A DNA stretch of 64,000 nt from an uncultured Prevotella sp. (lineage in GTDB: Bacteria; Bacteroidota; Bacteroidia; Bacteroidales; Bacteroidaceae). The stretch lies in the NCBI GenBank assembly GCA_900315635.1, contig OMZV01000012.1, positions 7,109-71,108 on the forward strand, given 5' to 3'. Within the stretch, counting starts at the first letter, position 1; the number at the start of each line of letters is the position of its first letter. Shown in pieces: positions 21,901-31,720 of this stretch. Below the pieces are notes generated by a model. It was not told the origin of the DNA, ran no database searches, and worked only from the letters and a program-made list of their open reading frames with translations. Both the position numbers and the translations under genes were made by a program.

Positions 21901-22117
21901 TGCGTTTTTTAAAACAGCACAAATTTAGGCATTTTTTTTTATTTTCCAATACGTTAATTCTTTTTTTTAATAGGTTTAACGGCATTTTAATCTAATCTAT
22001 GCATATTGCAATGTCGAGGTTACAAATTTTTCTCTTGCATTTCTTTTATTTAACTTAAAAAAGCATTACCTTTGCATACATACATCAGTTAACACCAACG
22101 AAGTAACGACTATCGAC

Positions 22118-23107
22118 ATGCAAACCAGACCAACATACCGACAAGATCCTGATGCGGCACCGCTTATCAGTTTCATCATCACCGACTACAACGTTCCGGT
22201 GGAGATGTTGCAGGAGTGCCTTGACAGCATATTCGCGCTAAGTCTCAGCGACTCCGAGCGCGAGGTTATCATCGTCGACGATGGCTCAGAGGTAAGTCCG
22301 ATAAACAGCATACTGAAATATTTGGACAAAATAATTTATCTCCGTCAGCCCAACCAAGGCGTATCAATGGCTCGCAACGCCGGTCTGGAGATAGCCAAGG
22401 GACAGTTCATACAGTTCATCGACGGTGACGACTGCCTGTTGACAACAGCATACGAGCATTGCCTTGACATAGTAAGATATAAGGACACTGACTTGGTAAT
22501 GTTCCGGTTTGCTCAGGAGAAGAATGACAATCAATCGAGAGAATCATTCGAGGAATTCAGCGGACCTGTGAGCGGACACGAGTACATGCGCCACAACAAC
22601 CTCCACGCCGCCCCATGGGGATACATTTTCCAACGCCAGTTGCTAGGCAGTCTCCGATTCCATCGTGGCATAGAATACGGTGAGGATGAGGAGTTTACAC
22701 CACAATTAATGCTCCGGGCTGAGAAAGTATACACCACCGAATCACCGGCATACTACTACCGTCAATGGAAAAACTCAGCCACACATCAGAATGACAAGCG
22801 CCGCAAACTGAAACGCCTCCACGACACTGTAGAAGTTATCTGCACCTTGCGTGACCGTGCCGACGTCCTGCCTTACGACGACAGGATGGCTCTGCAACGC
22901 CGAATCGACCAGCTGACGATGGACTATATATATAATGTGATAGTACTGACTCACAACGGGCACTATCTCGAGAAGTGTATAAGTCGACTCCACGAGAAAG
23001 GACTCTTCCCCCTATCCGACCGCAACTATACCAAGAAGTACAAGTACTTCAGCAAGTTGGCTAACTCAAAGATAGGCAGGAGAATACTTCTATTAACATT
23101 AAAATAA
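22118..23107 (+). CDS. GT2 family glycosyltransferase
   Basis: VDDGS, NQGVSMARNAG and FIDGDD motifs; TACCTTTG box at 22067. Confidence 0.9.
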   Translation: MQTRPTYRQDPDAAPLISFIITDYNVPVEMLQECLDSIFALSLSDSEREVIIVDDGSEVSPINSILKYLDKIIYLRQPNQGVSMARNAGLEIAKGQFIQFIDGDDCLLTTAYEHCLDIVRYKDTDLVMFRFAQEKNDNQSRESFEEFSGPVSGHEYMRHNNLHAAPWGYIFQRQLLGSLRFHRGIEYGEDEEFTPQLMLRAEKVYTTESPAYYYRQWKNSATHQNDKRRKLKRLHDTVEVICTLRDRADVLPYDDRMALQRRIDQLTMDYIYNVIVLTHNGHYLEKCISRLHEKGLFPLSDRNYTKKYKYFSKLANSKIGRRILLLTLK

Positions 23108-23182
23108 GAAGCCGCCCCAAGCCCCTCCAAAATGGAGGGGATGTTTAAACCCATTGATAAACAGAGAGAATCTTTTAGTAAG

Positions 23183-24391
23183 ATGAGAATATTACTACTT
23201 GGCGAATACAGCAACGTCCACGCCACACTGGCTAAGGGTCTACGGGCACTGGGACACGAGGTCACCGTTGTGAGCAACGGCGACTTCTGGAAGAATTATC
23301 CCCGAGACATCGATGTTGCACGCACGCCAGGAAAGATAGGTGGCATACGATTATACTTGAAGATTCTAAGCCTGTTGCCGAAGTTGACGGGCTATGACAT
23401 TGTACAACTTATCAACCCCATGTTCTTCGAGTTGCGGGCAGAGAGAATGTTCTTCTTCTATCACTTTCTGAAAAAACATAACAAACGTGTTGTACTTGGA
23501 GCGTTTGGTATGGACTACTATTGGGTAAAGACTTGTACGTTTGACAAGCCTTTACGCTACAGCGATTTTAATATTGGCGACCGTGTGCGCACCGATGCCC
23601 CTGCAGTCCGTGAACAACGTGACTGGCTAGGAACGACAAAGGAGCGCCTCAACAAGGAGATAGCCTCATCATGTGACGCCATAGTCACCGGGCTTTATGA
23701 GTATGACGTTTGCTATCGACCGGTATTCCCCGACAAGACCAAGTATATACCATTTCCTATACAAATTCAAAATCAAGACCCTTTAATACAAAATTCAAAA
23801 TTCAAAATTCAAAATTATGATTACCAAGTTGATACAGGCTCTTCTGATTCTGGTAATCAAACATCCTCCCCTTGGGGGAGGCTTGGTGGGGAAAGACAGT
23901 TAAAGCTCTTCATAGGTATCAGCAAAGGACGGTCTGCTTATAAAGGGACCGACATAATGCTTGCTGCAGCCAAGGCTGTAAAAGAGAAGTACCCCGACAA
24001 TCTGGAACTACGTGTAGCCGAGGGCGTCCCATTCGATGAATACCAACGGATGATAAACGGTTCGGATGCTCTTATGGACCAGCTCTACAGCTACACGCCG
24101 GGCATGAACGCACTGCTTGCAATGTCAAAGGGAATAATCGTCATTGGCGGTGGCGAGCCCGAGAACTATGAGATAATCCATGAGGACAAGCTCCGCCCTA
24201 TCGTCAATGTACAGCCGACATTCGACAGTGTATACTATGAACTGGAGCGTCTCGTCCTTAATCCGTCGATTATTCCCGAACTGAAACGCCAAAGCATAGA
24301 GTATGTCCGCAAGCACCATGACTACATCAAAGTCGCAAAGGAATATGAACAACTATATTCCGGCTTGCTTAACTTTCTTTCCACCCTGTAG
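23183..24391 (+). CDS. GT4-like glycosyltransferase (probable start MRILLLGEY at 23183) with an in-frame repeat insertion
   Basis: MRILLLGEYSNVH, KGTDIM and DQLYSYTPGMNALLAMSKG motifs. Confidence 0.8.
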   Translation: MRILLLGEYSNVHATLAKGLRALGHEVTVVSNGDFWKNYPRDIDVARTPGKIGGIRLYLKILSLLPKLTGYDIVQLINPMFFELRAERMFFFYHFLKKHNKRVVLGAFGMDYYWVKTCTFDKPLRYSDFNIGDRVRTDAPAVREQRDWLGTTKERLNKEIASSCDAIVTGLYEYDVCYRPVFPDKTKYIPFPIQIQNQDPLIQNSKFKIQNYDYQVDTGSSDSGNQTSSPWGRLGGERQLKLFIGISKGRSAYKGTDIMLAAAKAVKEKYPDNLELRVAEGVPFDEYQRMINGSDALMDQLYSYTPGMNALLAMSKGIIVIGGGEPENYEIIHEDKLRPIVNVQPTFDSVYYELERLVLNPSIIPELKRQSIEYVRKHHDYIKVAKEYEQLYSGLLNFLSTL

Positions 24392-24564
24392 GGGAGACCT
24401 AAGAGTAGCGAATGGTCTCCCGTTATCTTTTCTCACACGGATATTAAAGATTATAATGATGTCGGCTTCGCCGATGCCACTTGCACAACTATTAAGATTT
24501 GCCCTTATGTTTTATTTGTCGCATCTCATGAGTCCACTTCTTACGATTGATGAAATAATGATAA

Positions 24565-25545
24565 CTAATCTTGGAATAAATATTGCGAGAACAAGACAGG
24601 AGGATTGCCTGTTAACTGAACATCAAATTTCAAACTATGAACAAGTTTCGTTTCTGCGTTATGAAGCCTAAAAGATATAGACCATCCACCATCAAGAATC
24701 ATGATCAATGTAGTCGTACTGCCCTTACCTTTCTTGAAGTCAAATTCAACAATTCTAGTTGGTAGATTTATTTTTTCAACCTTATATCTTGATTTTACTC
24801 CATTCACAGGCTTGTTAAGCTTACCTCCTATATTAAATGCTTTAACTATAACGAGGTTAGCCGAATCATTCTTAATTATCTTATAGAAAGGCTTATTGCC
24901 TATGAGATAAGAGATTAGTTTTGCTGGAATAGAGTCATTTTCTCTATTTATTTTCAACAATTCCTTTTTAAATGCTTCTAATAGGGGCATATAAATAAGT
25001 TCATCTTTGCTATCCCCTAGACTTTTCCATTCAGCATTAGCATCTTCAGCTAACTTGTCATCAATATATTTAAAGATAGGCTTAACTTCATCCCAATAAT
25101 CCTGTGAACATGGAACGCCTAACCACTGTTTCCCAAAGTCAAGCACCTCACTAAGACGTGAATGTTTTACAGCTTCATTATTATTTTTAGCAGAAAAGCC
25201 CATTTCCCACTTAGAAGATGGTCTGTTGAAGATAATATCACGAACGTCACCACTTTGACCTTCGCTATCCTTAGCAAGTCTTATTGTAAGTTTATCTTCA
25301 TCATCCTTTTGTGCAGTAAGACCTGGCTCAATCTTAAGAATCGTGTCAATTGTACCAATTGCGGCTGACCTAAAGCGATTTTGCACCTCCACAGGAAACT
25401 CTTTATAGAATTCTCTATCAACTTTCAGTGAAGAATCTTCAATTAGTTCGACATTAAGTCCCATAGAACTTAATTTCCTAAAATACTCATTTGCTAGAGC
25501 ATATTCAAAAGACTTGCCGTTTTTAACTTGACTTCCATTTGCCAT
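24565..25545 (-). CDS. HaeIII-family type II restriction endonuclease
   Basis: NGKSFEY, GQSGDVRD, SAKNNNEAVKHSRLS and SFRLHNA motifs; follows a C5 methylase. Confidence 0.8.
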   Translation of the reverse strand: MANGSQVKNGKSFEYALANEYFRKLSSMGLNVELIEDSSLKVDREFYKEFPVEVQNRFRSAAIGTIDTILKIEPGLTAQKDDEDKLTIRLAKDSEGQSGDVRDIIFNRPSSKWEMGFSAKNNNEAVKHSRLSEVLDFGKQWLGVPCSQDYWDEVKPIFKYIDDKLAEDANAEWKSLGDSKDELIYMPLLEAFKKELLKINRENDSIPAKLISYLIGNKPFYKIIKNDSANLVIVKAFNIGGKLNKPVNGVKSRYKVEKINLPTRIVEFDFKKGKGSTTTLIMILDGGWSISFRLHNAETKLVHSLKFDVQLTGNPPVLFSQYLFQD

Positions 25546-25553
25546 AGGTCTTT

Positions 25554-26654
25554 CTATTTTATATAAGGTAAAATTGATTTCGCAACTATATATGCCAAAT
25601 TCACAGGAACAGCATTCCCAACCATTTTGTAACCCGCATTGATATTATTATATTTAAATATAAAACTATCAGGGAAAGTCTGTATTCTTGCAGCCTCCCT
25701 CACAGAAAGTCGCCTATAAAGTTTTTCCTTTCCCGGAGCAAAAATTCTGTGGTCACTATCTATTTTAACCATATCCGGAGCCTGAGGATGGAGTGGTGCT
25801 TGTCTACCGCTTGCTTGAATTGTAAAAGACACCTGATCCCAATGTCTTATGCGATTGCGTGACAAGAAAATAGAAGAAAAGCCTCCAGTCATATATTCAT
25901 GATTAGGTATGCTTTCATTCCATTTTCCACTATTATTAACTCCATTGGGAAAGCCCAATGGCTTTTTATCAGCAAGATCACCTATAGCATCCCTCAAAGT
26001 AAGATGCTTGCCATTTGGAGTTGTCGGAGCAGGAAATTTGTACTTAATGTTCAAATCTTTTCTAAAGCCTACAAACAAGACTCGCTGTCTATCTTCTGGA
26101 ACTCCATAATCAGCTGCATTTACAAGTTTAAATGTAACATCATATCCATCACCTGCCCCACTAAATGCCTTTATGAAATCCGAAAGCGCAGTACCGTATC
26201 TTTCAAGTAACATTCCACGGACATTCTCAACGACAAAAAATTTAGGCTTTTTTGCATTAATCATCCTTATATAATCCCAGAACAATTGACCTCTTTTATC
26301 ATTTAATCCACGCTTAGAGCCACCTATACTCCATGATTGGCAAGGTGGACCACCTACCATTCCGTCGCAATCAGGCACTTCGGAAGCGTCAATATCTGTT
26401 ATTGAGCGAGTGTCTAAAACTGTTTCCTTATGATTATACAGATATGTTGCCCATATATCTTTATCAAATTCATTTGCCCAAAGGATGTGAAATCCGGCTT
26501 TTTCAAAGCCAAAGTCAAGCCCCCCACAACCAGAAAAGAAAGAAACAATATTCGGTTTACTGTCCGAATAAGTCACATCTTTGCTTACATTGAAAAAGTT
26601 TAAAGATTTGACCGATTTTGAATTTACCGATTTTGAACTCTTCGAGTTAGTCAT
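25554..26654 (-). CDS. C5 cytosine methyltransferase, M.HaeIII-like (predicted GGCC)
   Basis: FSGCGG, GGPPCQSWS, ENV, QDR-like motif VIII; TRD SRNRIRHWDQVSFTIQASGRQ closely resembles M.HaeIII as recalled. Confidence 0.9.
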   Translation of the reverse strand: MTNSKSSKSVNSKSVKSLNFFNVSKDVTYSDSKPNIVSFFSGCGGLDFGFEKAGFHILWANEFDKDIWATYLYNHKETVLDTRSITDIDASEVPDCDGMVGGPPCQSWSIGGSKRGLNDKRGQLFWDYIRMINAKKPKFFVVENVRGMLLERYGTALSDFIKAFSGAGDGYDVTFKLVNAADYGVPEDRQRVLFVGFRKDLNIKYKFPAPTTPNGKHLTLRDAIGDLADKKPLGFPNGVNNSGKWNESIPNHEYMTGGFSSIFLSRNRIRHWDQVSFTIQASGRQAPLHPQAPDMVKIDSDHRIFAPGKEKLYRRLSVREAARIQTFPDSFIFKYNNINAGYKMVGNAVPVNLAYIVAKSILPYIK

Positions 26655-26727
26655 TACTGTTCTTTCCTTTTAACTTGCAAAGTTAAGAATAAATTTCCAC
26701 TTCTCAAAATATGATAATAGGAAATAT

Positions 26728-27045
26728 TTAATCCGAATAATGATAATGCCGCCGATGGTGAAGATAAGTGAGGTCATTCTGATGGCGGTAGGCTTCCCGT
26801 TCGAAGCGAATGTTAAAGTAAGCCTTTAAGGAATCGTGATACCTTAGCAAAAGGAGAAGCCATTCGACGACATACCAGACATAAAAGCCGATGAAGAGAA
26901 GCTCACGCTGCTGGGCAGTGTGTATACGCTCATGGTTGAGCTCGACGGGCGACAACTTCTTGACAGAGAAGATAATGCCGAAAAGGTTGATGGCATAGAA
27001 CCCACCGCCGACAGGGAACCGCTTTATGAGTACCGTCTTTGTCAT
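26728..27045 (-). CDS. Small conserved hypothetical protein (HE-motif, one TM)
   Basis: LNHERIHTAQQREL...FEREAY pattern. Confidence 0.6.
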   Translation of the reverse strand: MTKTVLIKRFPVGGGFYAINLFGIIFSVKKLSPVELNHERIHTAQQRELLFIGFYVWYVVEWLLLLLRYHDSLKAYFNIRFEREAYRHQNDLTYLHHRRHYHYSD

Positions 27046-27097
27046 AATGTCCTTTATTTCACCCTTGAAAGCAGGAAACAGAACACATTATTGTCCG

Positions 27098-29596
27098 TTA
27101 TGAGATTATATTGAACCGTGCGAATTTCAATAGAAGTTGCTTGCGTCCGGTGTTGCGGAAGACGACCGTAGCCTTGGCATTCTCACCTGAGCCTTCGAGC
27201 AGTTCCACCGTTCCGATGCCGAAACGCTGATGTTCGATGACACTGCCGACACGGAGCGTGCCGGTGCTGGTCTTAAGACTTTGAACCTGAGCGGTCGATG
27301 ATGAAGCAGCACCTGAGGCTGACGTCTTGCCCGATACAGGCTTTGCGACACGGCTGAAATGCCTGCCCTCACGCTCAAGTACACGCTGAGCACGGTCGGA
27401 GAATGGGTTTATCGGCTTTTCCGGTTTCCTCGGATGGGTGACTTTCAGCTTCGGGTCTGCCATAAACCGGTCGGCAACGGGCTCGGAATTCTGATAGCGG
27501 TTGTCGAGACGAGGACCCGACTCCCATGGTTTCGGTTTTCTGTCCCACGGCATTCTGCCACCATAGCCACCACCATTGCCGAAGGAAGAGCCACTTGCTG
27601 AGCTTGTGGAGCCGCCTTGCATGTCGTCCTCGTGAGAATCAACCAGGTTTCTGTCGATGTCGGCAAGGAACCGGCTAGGCGTGTCGAACTGCATACTGCC
27701 GAAGCGGAATCGGTTGCGTGCGTTGGTCAGGATGCAGTGGCGCTCGGCACGGGTTATGGCGACATAGAACAGGCGGCGCTCTTCCTCGACGCCACGCTTC
27801 GACTGGCTTGCCATAGGACTTGGGAAGATGTTCTCCTCAAGACCGACGACAAAGACCGTTGGGAACTCCAGTCCCTTGGCAGCATGGATGGTCATCATCG
27901 TCACGGAGTCGTTGTCGGCATCATTATCGGTGTCCTGGTCGGTAGCCAGAGAGACTTCAGCAAGGTAGTCGGGAATGTAAATCTCATCCCCCCTGCCCTC
28001 TTCCTGGTTTGCAGCAACGAACGACTGCATACCGGAAAGGAGTTCCTCAAGGTTCTCCTGACGGGACAAGTGCTCGGTGTCACGCGACGAATAGAGGTCG
28101 GCTGATATACCGCTGAGCTGTATGATTTCCTTTCCGAGGGAATAGACATCAGTATTGCCCGACTTCTCGATGAATCCGGCTATAAGGTTCTGGAAGACTG
28201 ACAGTTTGGTAAGAGTGCCCTTATTGACATTGAGCCCATAGAATCCCGGCTGGCTGATGACCTTCCATATCGACACGTTGTGTTCGCCGGCTGTTGCAGA
28301 GACCTTCTGAACAGTGGTATTTCCGATGCCGCGTGCCGGATAGTTTATGATGCGGAGTAGCGCCTGGTCGTCGTCGGGATTTGCCACAAGACGGAAGTAA
28401 GCTATGATGTCCTTTATCTCCTTGCGCTGATAGAACGACAGCCCGCCATATATTTTATATGGTATACCGTCCTTGCGGAACTCGTCCTCGAAGGAGCGGC
28501 TCTGTGCGTTTGTCCGGTATAGAATGGCAAAATCGCTGTAGAGTCCGTTCTCTTTCTTCTTTATTTTCTGAATCTCATTGGCTACGATTGCAGCTTCCTC
28601 CTTGTCGCTGTATGCCGGGCGGTACTCTATCTTCTCACCCTTTGCCTCATCGCTGTAGACATCCTTCGGTATCTGACGGACGTTGTGCTTCATCAGTGAG
28701 TTGGCAGCCTCGACTATCAGCTGTGTGCTCCGGTAGTTGCGCTCCAACTTAAACAGTCTTGCGCCGGGAAATTTCTTTTGGAAGTCGAGTATGTTGTCGA
28801 TGTTGGCACCACGGAAGGAGTAGATGCTCTGGTAGTCGTCGCCAACCACGCAAACACGGTTGCGGGAAGTAGAAAGCAGGGAGATTATTTCCTGTTGAAC
28901 CTTATTTGTGTCCTGATACTCATCGACGAGGATATAGCTGTACCGTCCGGAATATTTCTCACGGATGTCCTCATGGTCGCGGAACATGATGTATGTGTTG
29001 AGAAGGAGGTCGTCGAAGTCCATGGCGTTCGACTGGCGGAGGTGTGCCTGATAAGATTTGTAGATGTCGGCAACGGCGGGCATGCGTGCCTCATTATCAC
29101 GTTCAAGGGCAGCCTTGTCGTCGGCATAGTCTTCGGCGGATATTAGGCTGTTCTTTGCCATTGATATGAGGTTATGCACTGTGGCAGGCTTGTATTTCTT
29201 GTCGTCGAGACCCATTGCCTTGACGATATTCTTAACGAGCGTCCGGCTGTCGGTCTCGTCATAGATAGTGTAGTTGGCACTGTATCCGATGCTTGCCGAC
29301 TCGATGCGCAGAATCTTGGCGAAGATGGAGTGGAACGTTCCCATATAGAGCTGATGGGCTGTTTCATCGCCAACAATCTTGCCTATGCGGTCTTTCATCT
29401 CGCGGGCAGCCTTGTTGGTGAAGGTAAGGGCAAGGATTCCCCATGGCTTCATGCCCTTTTGCAGGAGATAAGCTATCTTGTAAGTCAGCACGCGCGTCTT
29501 GCCTGAACCGGCACCGGCAATAACGAGTTCGGCACCATCGCAGTATTCAACAGCGGCACGCTGACTGTCATTCAATTCGTCTAAGAGATTACTCAT
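27098..29596 (-). CDS. uvrD: UvrD/PcrA ATP-dependent DNA helicase (probable start MSNLLDELN at 29596)
   Basis: AGAGSGKT, DEYQD, NYRS, HAAKGLEF and EERRLFYVA motifs. Confidence 0.95.
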   Translation of the reverse strand: MSNLLDELNDSQRAAVEYCDGAELVIAGAGSGKTRVLTYKIAYLLQKGMKPWGILALTFTNKAAREMKDRIGKIVGDETAHQLYMGTFHSIFAKILRIESASIGYSANYTIYDETDSRTLVKNIVKAMGLDDKKYKPATVHNLISMAKNSLISAEDYADDKAALERDNEARMPAVADIYKSYQAHLRQSNAMDFDDLLLNTYIMFRDHEDIREKYSGRYSYILVDEYQDTNKVQQEIISLLSTSRNRVCVVGDDYQSIYSFRGANIDNILDFQKKFPGARLFKLERNYRSTQLIVEAANSLMKHNVRQIPKDVYSDEAKGEKIEYRPAYSDKEEAAIVANEIQKIKKKENGLYSDFAILYRTNAQSRSFEDEFRKDGIPYKIYGGLSFYQRKEIKDIIAYFRLVANPDDDQALLRIINYPARGIGNTTVQKVSATAGEHNVSIWKVISQPGFYGLNVNKGTLTKLSVFQNLIAGFIEKSGNTDVYSLGKEIIQLSGISADLYSSRDTEHLSRQENLEELLSGMQSFVAANQEEGRGDEIYIPDYLAEVSLATDQDTDNDADNDSVTMMTIHAAKGLEFPTVFVVGLEENIFPSPMASQSKRGVEEERRLFYVAITRAERHCILTNARNRFRFGSMQFDTPSRFLADIDRNLVDSHEDDMQGGSTSSASGSSFGNGGGYGGRMPWDRKPKPWESGPRLDNRYQNSEPVADRFMADPKLKVTHPRKPEKPINPFSDRAQRVLEREGRHFSRVAKPVSGKTSASGAASSSTAQVQSLKTSTGTLRVGSVIEHQRFGIGTVELLEGSGENAKATVVFRNTGRKQLLLKFARFNIIS

Positions 29597-29678
29597 TTTA
29601 TAGTTTGAAATCTGAAAACCGTTTGCAAAATTAAGAAAATAATCTGAGATTCTTGCACTTACCTTCGATAAAAACGGG

Positions 29679-30157
29679 ATGCTGTGGATTAAGACACAAT
29701 CGGGCCGGAACACCTGGGATGGCACAAAAGTGAGAACCGTACGTTATGATGAGGATGTCTATGTGGGATACCGCCATTTCGATACGGACAGCATTCGCCC
29801 TCTTTATCCTTTCGGATATGGCAAGAGCTATACAACATTTGAATATTCTGACAGTAAAGTCGAAGAGGTTGGTGACAGTTTAGTTGCCATAGTGAAAGTA
29901 ACGAATACTGGGAATGTTGCAGGAAAAGAAATTGTAGAGCTTTACGTATCGGCTCCACAAGTGTCAATGAAAAAGCCTTTAAAGGAATTAAAAGCTTTTG
30001 CCAAGACTCCATTGCTGAAGCCTGGGCAAAGTGCTGTTCTTAGAATGAGTTTCCCAACGAGTTTGTTGGCTTCTTACAGTGCCTTCGACAATAAATGAAT
30101 AATAGACAAAGGGAATTATTCCGTCCTCTTTGCCGCTTCTGCCGAGGATATAAGACT
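29679..30157 (+). pseudogene. GH3 beta-glucosidase C-terminal (Fn3-like) remnant
   Basis: YDEDVYVGYRHFD, YPFGYG, GKEIVELYV and KELKAFAKT; no catalytic domain; TGA at 30096 followed by in-frame IIDKGNYSVLFAASAEDIR. Confidence 0.8.
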
Positions 30158-30159
30158 TG

Positions 30160-30840
30160 TCAATTCATTGGAAATGCAGGCATGTAAGTCATTTGATGTA
30201 GAATCCAACGCTGGCGTTTCCGCATGTAAGGACCTGGATGAGAGGAACTGTACCAACGGGGATTAGGCAAGGTGGCAGCTATCAATGCACAATCGGCACG
30301 GGTAAGTTCGCTGGCTGTACAGTTGAAGTGTTGTTCTGCCACGGCTTCAACGCCATATATGCCGTCACCCATCTCAATGGAATTGAGGTAGACTTCCATA
30401 ATGCGTTGCTTACTCCAGAAGAGTTCAATAAGGAATGTAAAATAAGTCTCCAGTCCTTTGCGCACCCATGAACGGCCTGGCCAAAGGAAGACATTCTTTG
30501 CTGTTTGCTGGGATATTGTACTGCCTCCACGGATTCGTCCGCCTTGCATGTTTTCCTTGGCAGCACGCTCGATAGCTCCATAGTCGAAACCATGATGCTT
30601 CAGGAAGTTCTGGTCTTCGCTTGACATTACAGCCACGGGCATCGACTTAGGCATCTCGTCAAGCGATACCCATGAGTGGTGTAGCTTTATGCTCTCGCCA
30701 TCGCCAATCTGCTCAAAACAACGAATAAACATTAGCGGTGTTGCCACTACGGGTATGAACCTATAGGCAATCACCGCTAATATTGATGATGCAAACAAGA
30801 GGACGAATGTCCATTTGATTATGGAAAAAATTCTCTTCAT
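30160..30840 (-). CDS. mtgA: Monofunctional peptidoglycan transglycosylase
   Basis: SEDQNF, RGGSTISQQTAKN, RKGLE and YLNSIEMG motifs. Confidence 0.95.
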   Translation of the reverse strand: MKRIFSIIKWTFVLLFASSILAVIAYRFIPVVATPLMFIRCFEQIGDGESIKLHHSWVSLDEMPKSMPVAVMSSEDQNFLKHHGFDYGAIERAAKENMQGGRIRGGSTISQQTAKNVFLWPGRSWVRKGLETYFTFLIELFWSKQRIMEVYLNSIEMGDGIYGVEAVAEQHFNCTASELTRADCALIAATLPNPRWYSSSHPGPYMRKRQRWILHQMTYMPAFPMN

Positions 30841-30897
30841 AAATGAAATCCCCACCAAGCCTCCCATTGGGGGAGGCTTGATGGGGACTAATACTAT

Positions 30898-31587
30898 TTA
30901 TTCTCCAGCTTGCTTCTTGGCCTGATTGATCATTTGCTCAGAAGCATAGATGTAAACCTCAACACGACGGTTTGCCTCATCGTTAATGGTGTTCTCGTGA
31001 CCTGCTACAGGATCGGTACTACCCTTTCCCTCGACGGTCTTGAACTGAGAATTTTTGACGCCCTGCTGCTGCAGATAGCTGACAACCGACTGTGCACGCT
31101 TCAATGACAACGGGTTGTTGATGGCATCAGTACCTGTCTTATCGGTGTGACCATAGACGTTGATGCTGCAATCAGAGTTGTTCTTCAGTACATTGGCAAA
31201 CTGAGAAAGGTCTTTCTTGGAAGCTGCACTGAGGTCTGACGAGTTCAACGGGAAGAGGATACCGGAATTGAACGACACCTTGACCATCTTCAAGCCATTG
31301 GCATCGGTGACCTCTTCTACCTTGGCATTCTGTACCTGAGCGGCTGTCTCCTGAGCCACCTTGTCCATGTGATGACCGATGATTGCGCCGGTTCCGGAAC
31401 CAACGGCTGCACCAATGGCTGCACCGATGGCTGTCGATTTGGAGTCCTTACCGATAATGTTGCCGATTATACCGCCAATGACAGCACCTGCACCGCCGCC
31501 ACCTAAGCTGTAAGTACCCTGCTTTGTAGCACATCCGGACAATGCAAGAATACATAATCCTGCTGTAATAGCCTTCAAATGTTTCAT
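30898..31587 (-). CDS. OmpA-family lipoprotein with glycine zipper
   Basis: Lipobox LSGC; GHTD, LSLKRA and NRRVE motifs. Confidence 0.9.
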   Translation of the reverse strand: MKHLKAITAGLCILALSGCATKQGTYSLGGGGAGAVIGGIIGNIIGKDSKSTAIGAAIGAAVGSGTGAIIGHHMDKVAQETAAQVQNAKVEEVTDANGLKMVKVSFNSGILFPLNSSDLSAASKKDLSQFANVLKNNSDCSINVYGHTDKTGTDAINNPLSLKRAQSVVSYLQQQGVKNSQFKTVEGKGSTDPVAGHENTINDEANRRVEVYIYASEQMINQAKKQAGE

Positions 31588-31720
31588 AGTCGTATTCCTT
31601 TTAATTATTAATTTTTTATTCAAAACTATTGCAAAGATAAAATAAAAAACTGAATCACGATACTTTTACCAACATTATTTTGTACTTTTGCAGTATAATT
31701 AAATAATGTAAACAAATTAA

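Noticed and set aside
30096-30098. TGA-to-Trp recoding
   Set aside because: TGG is used for Trp and TGA terminates intact genes such as mtgA, so a nonsense mutation is simpler
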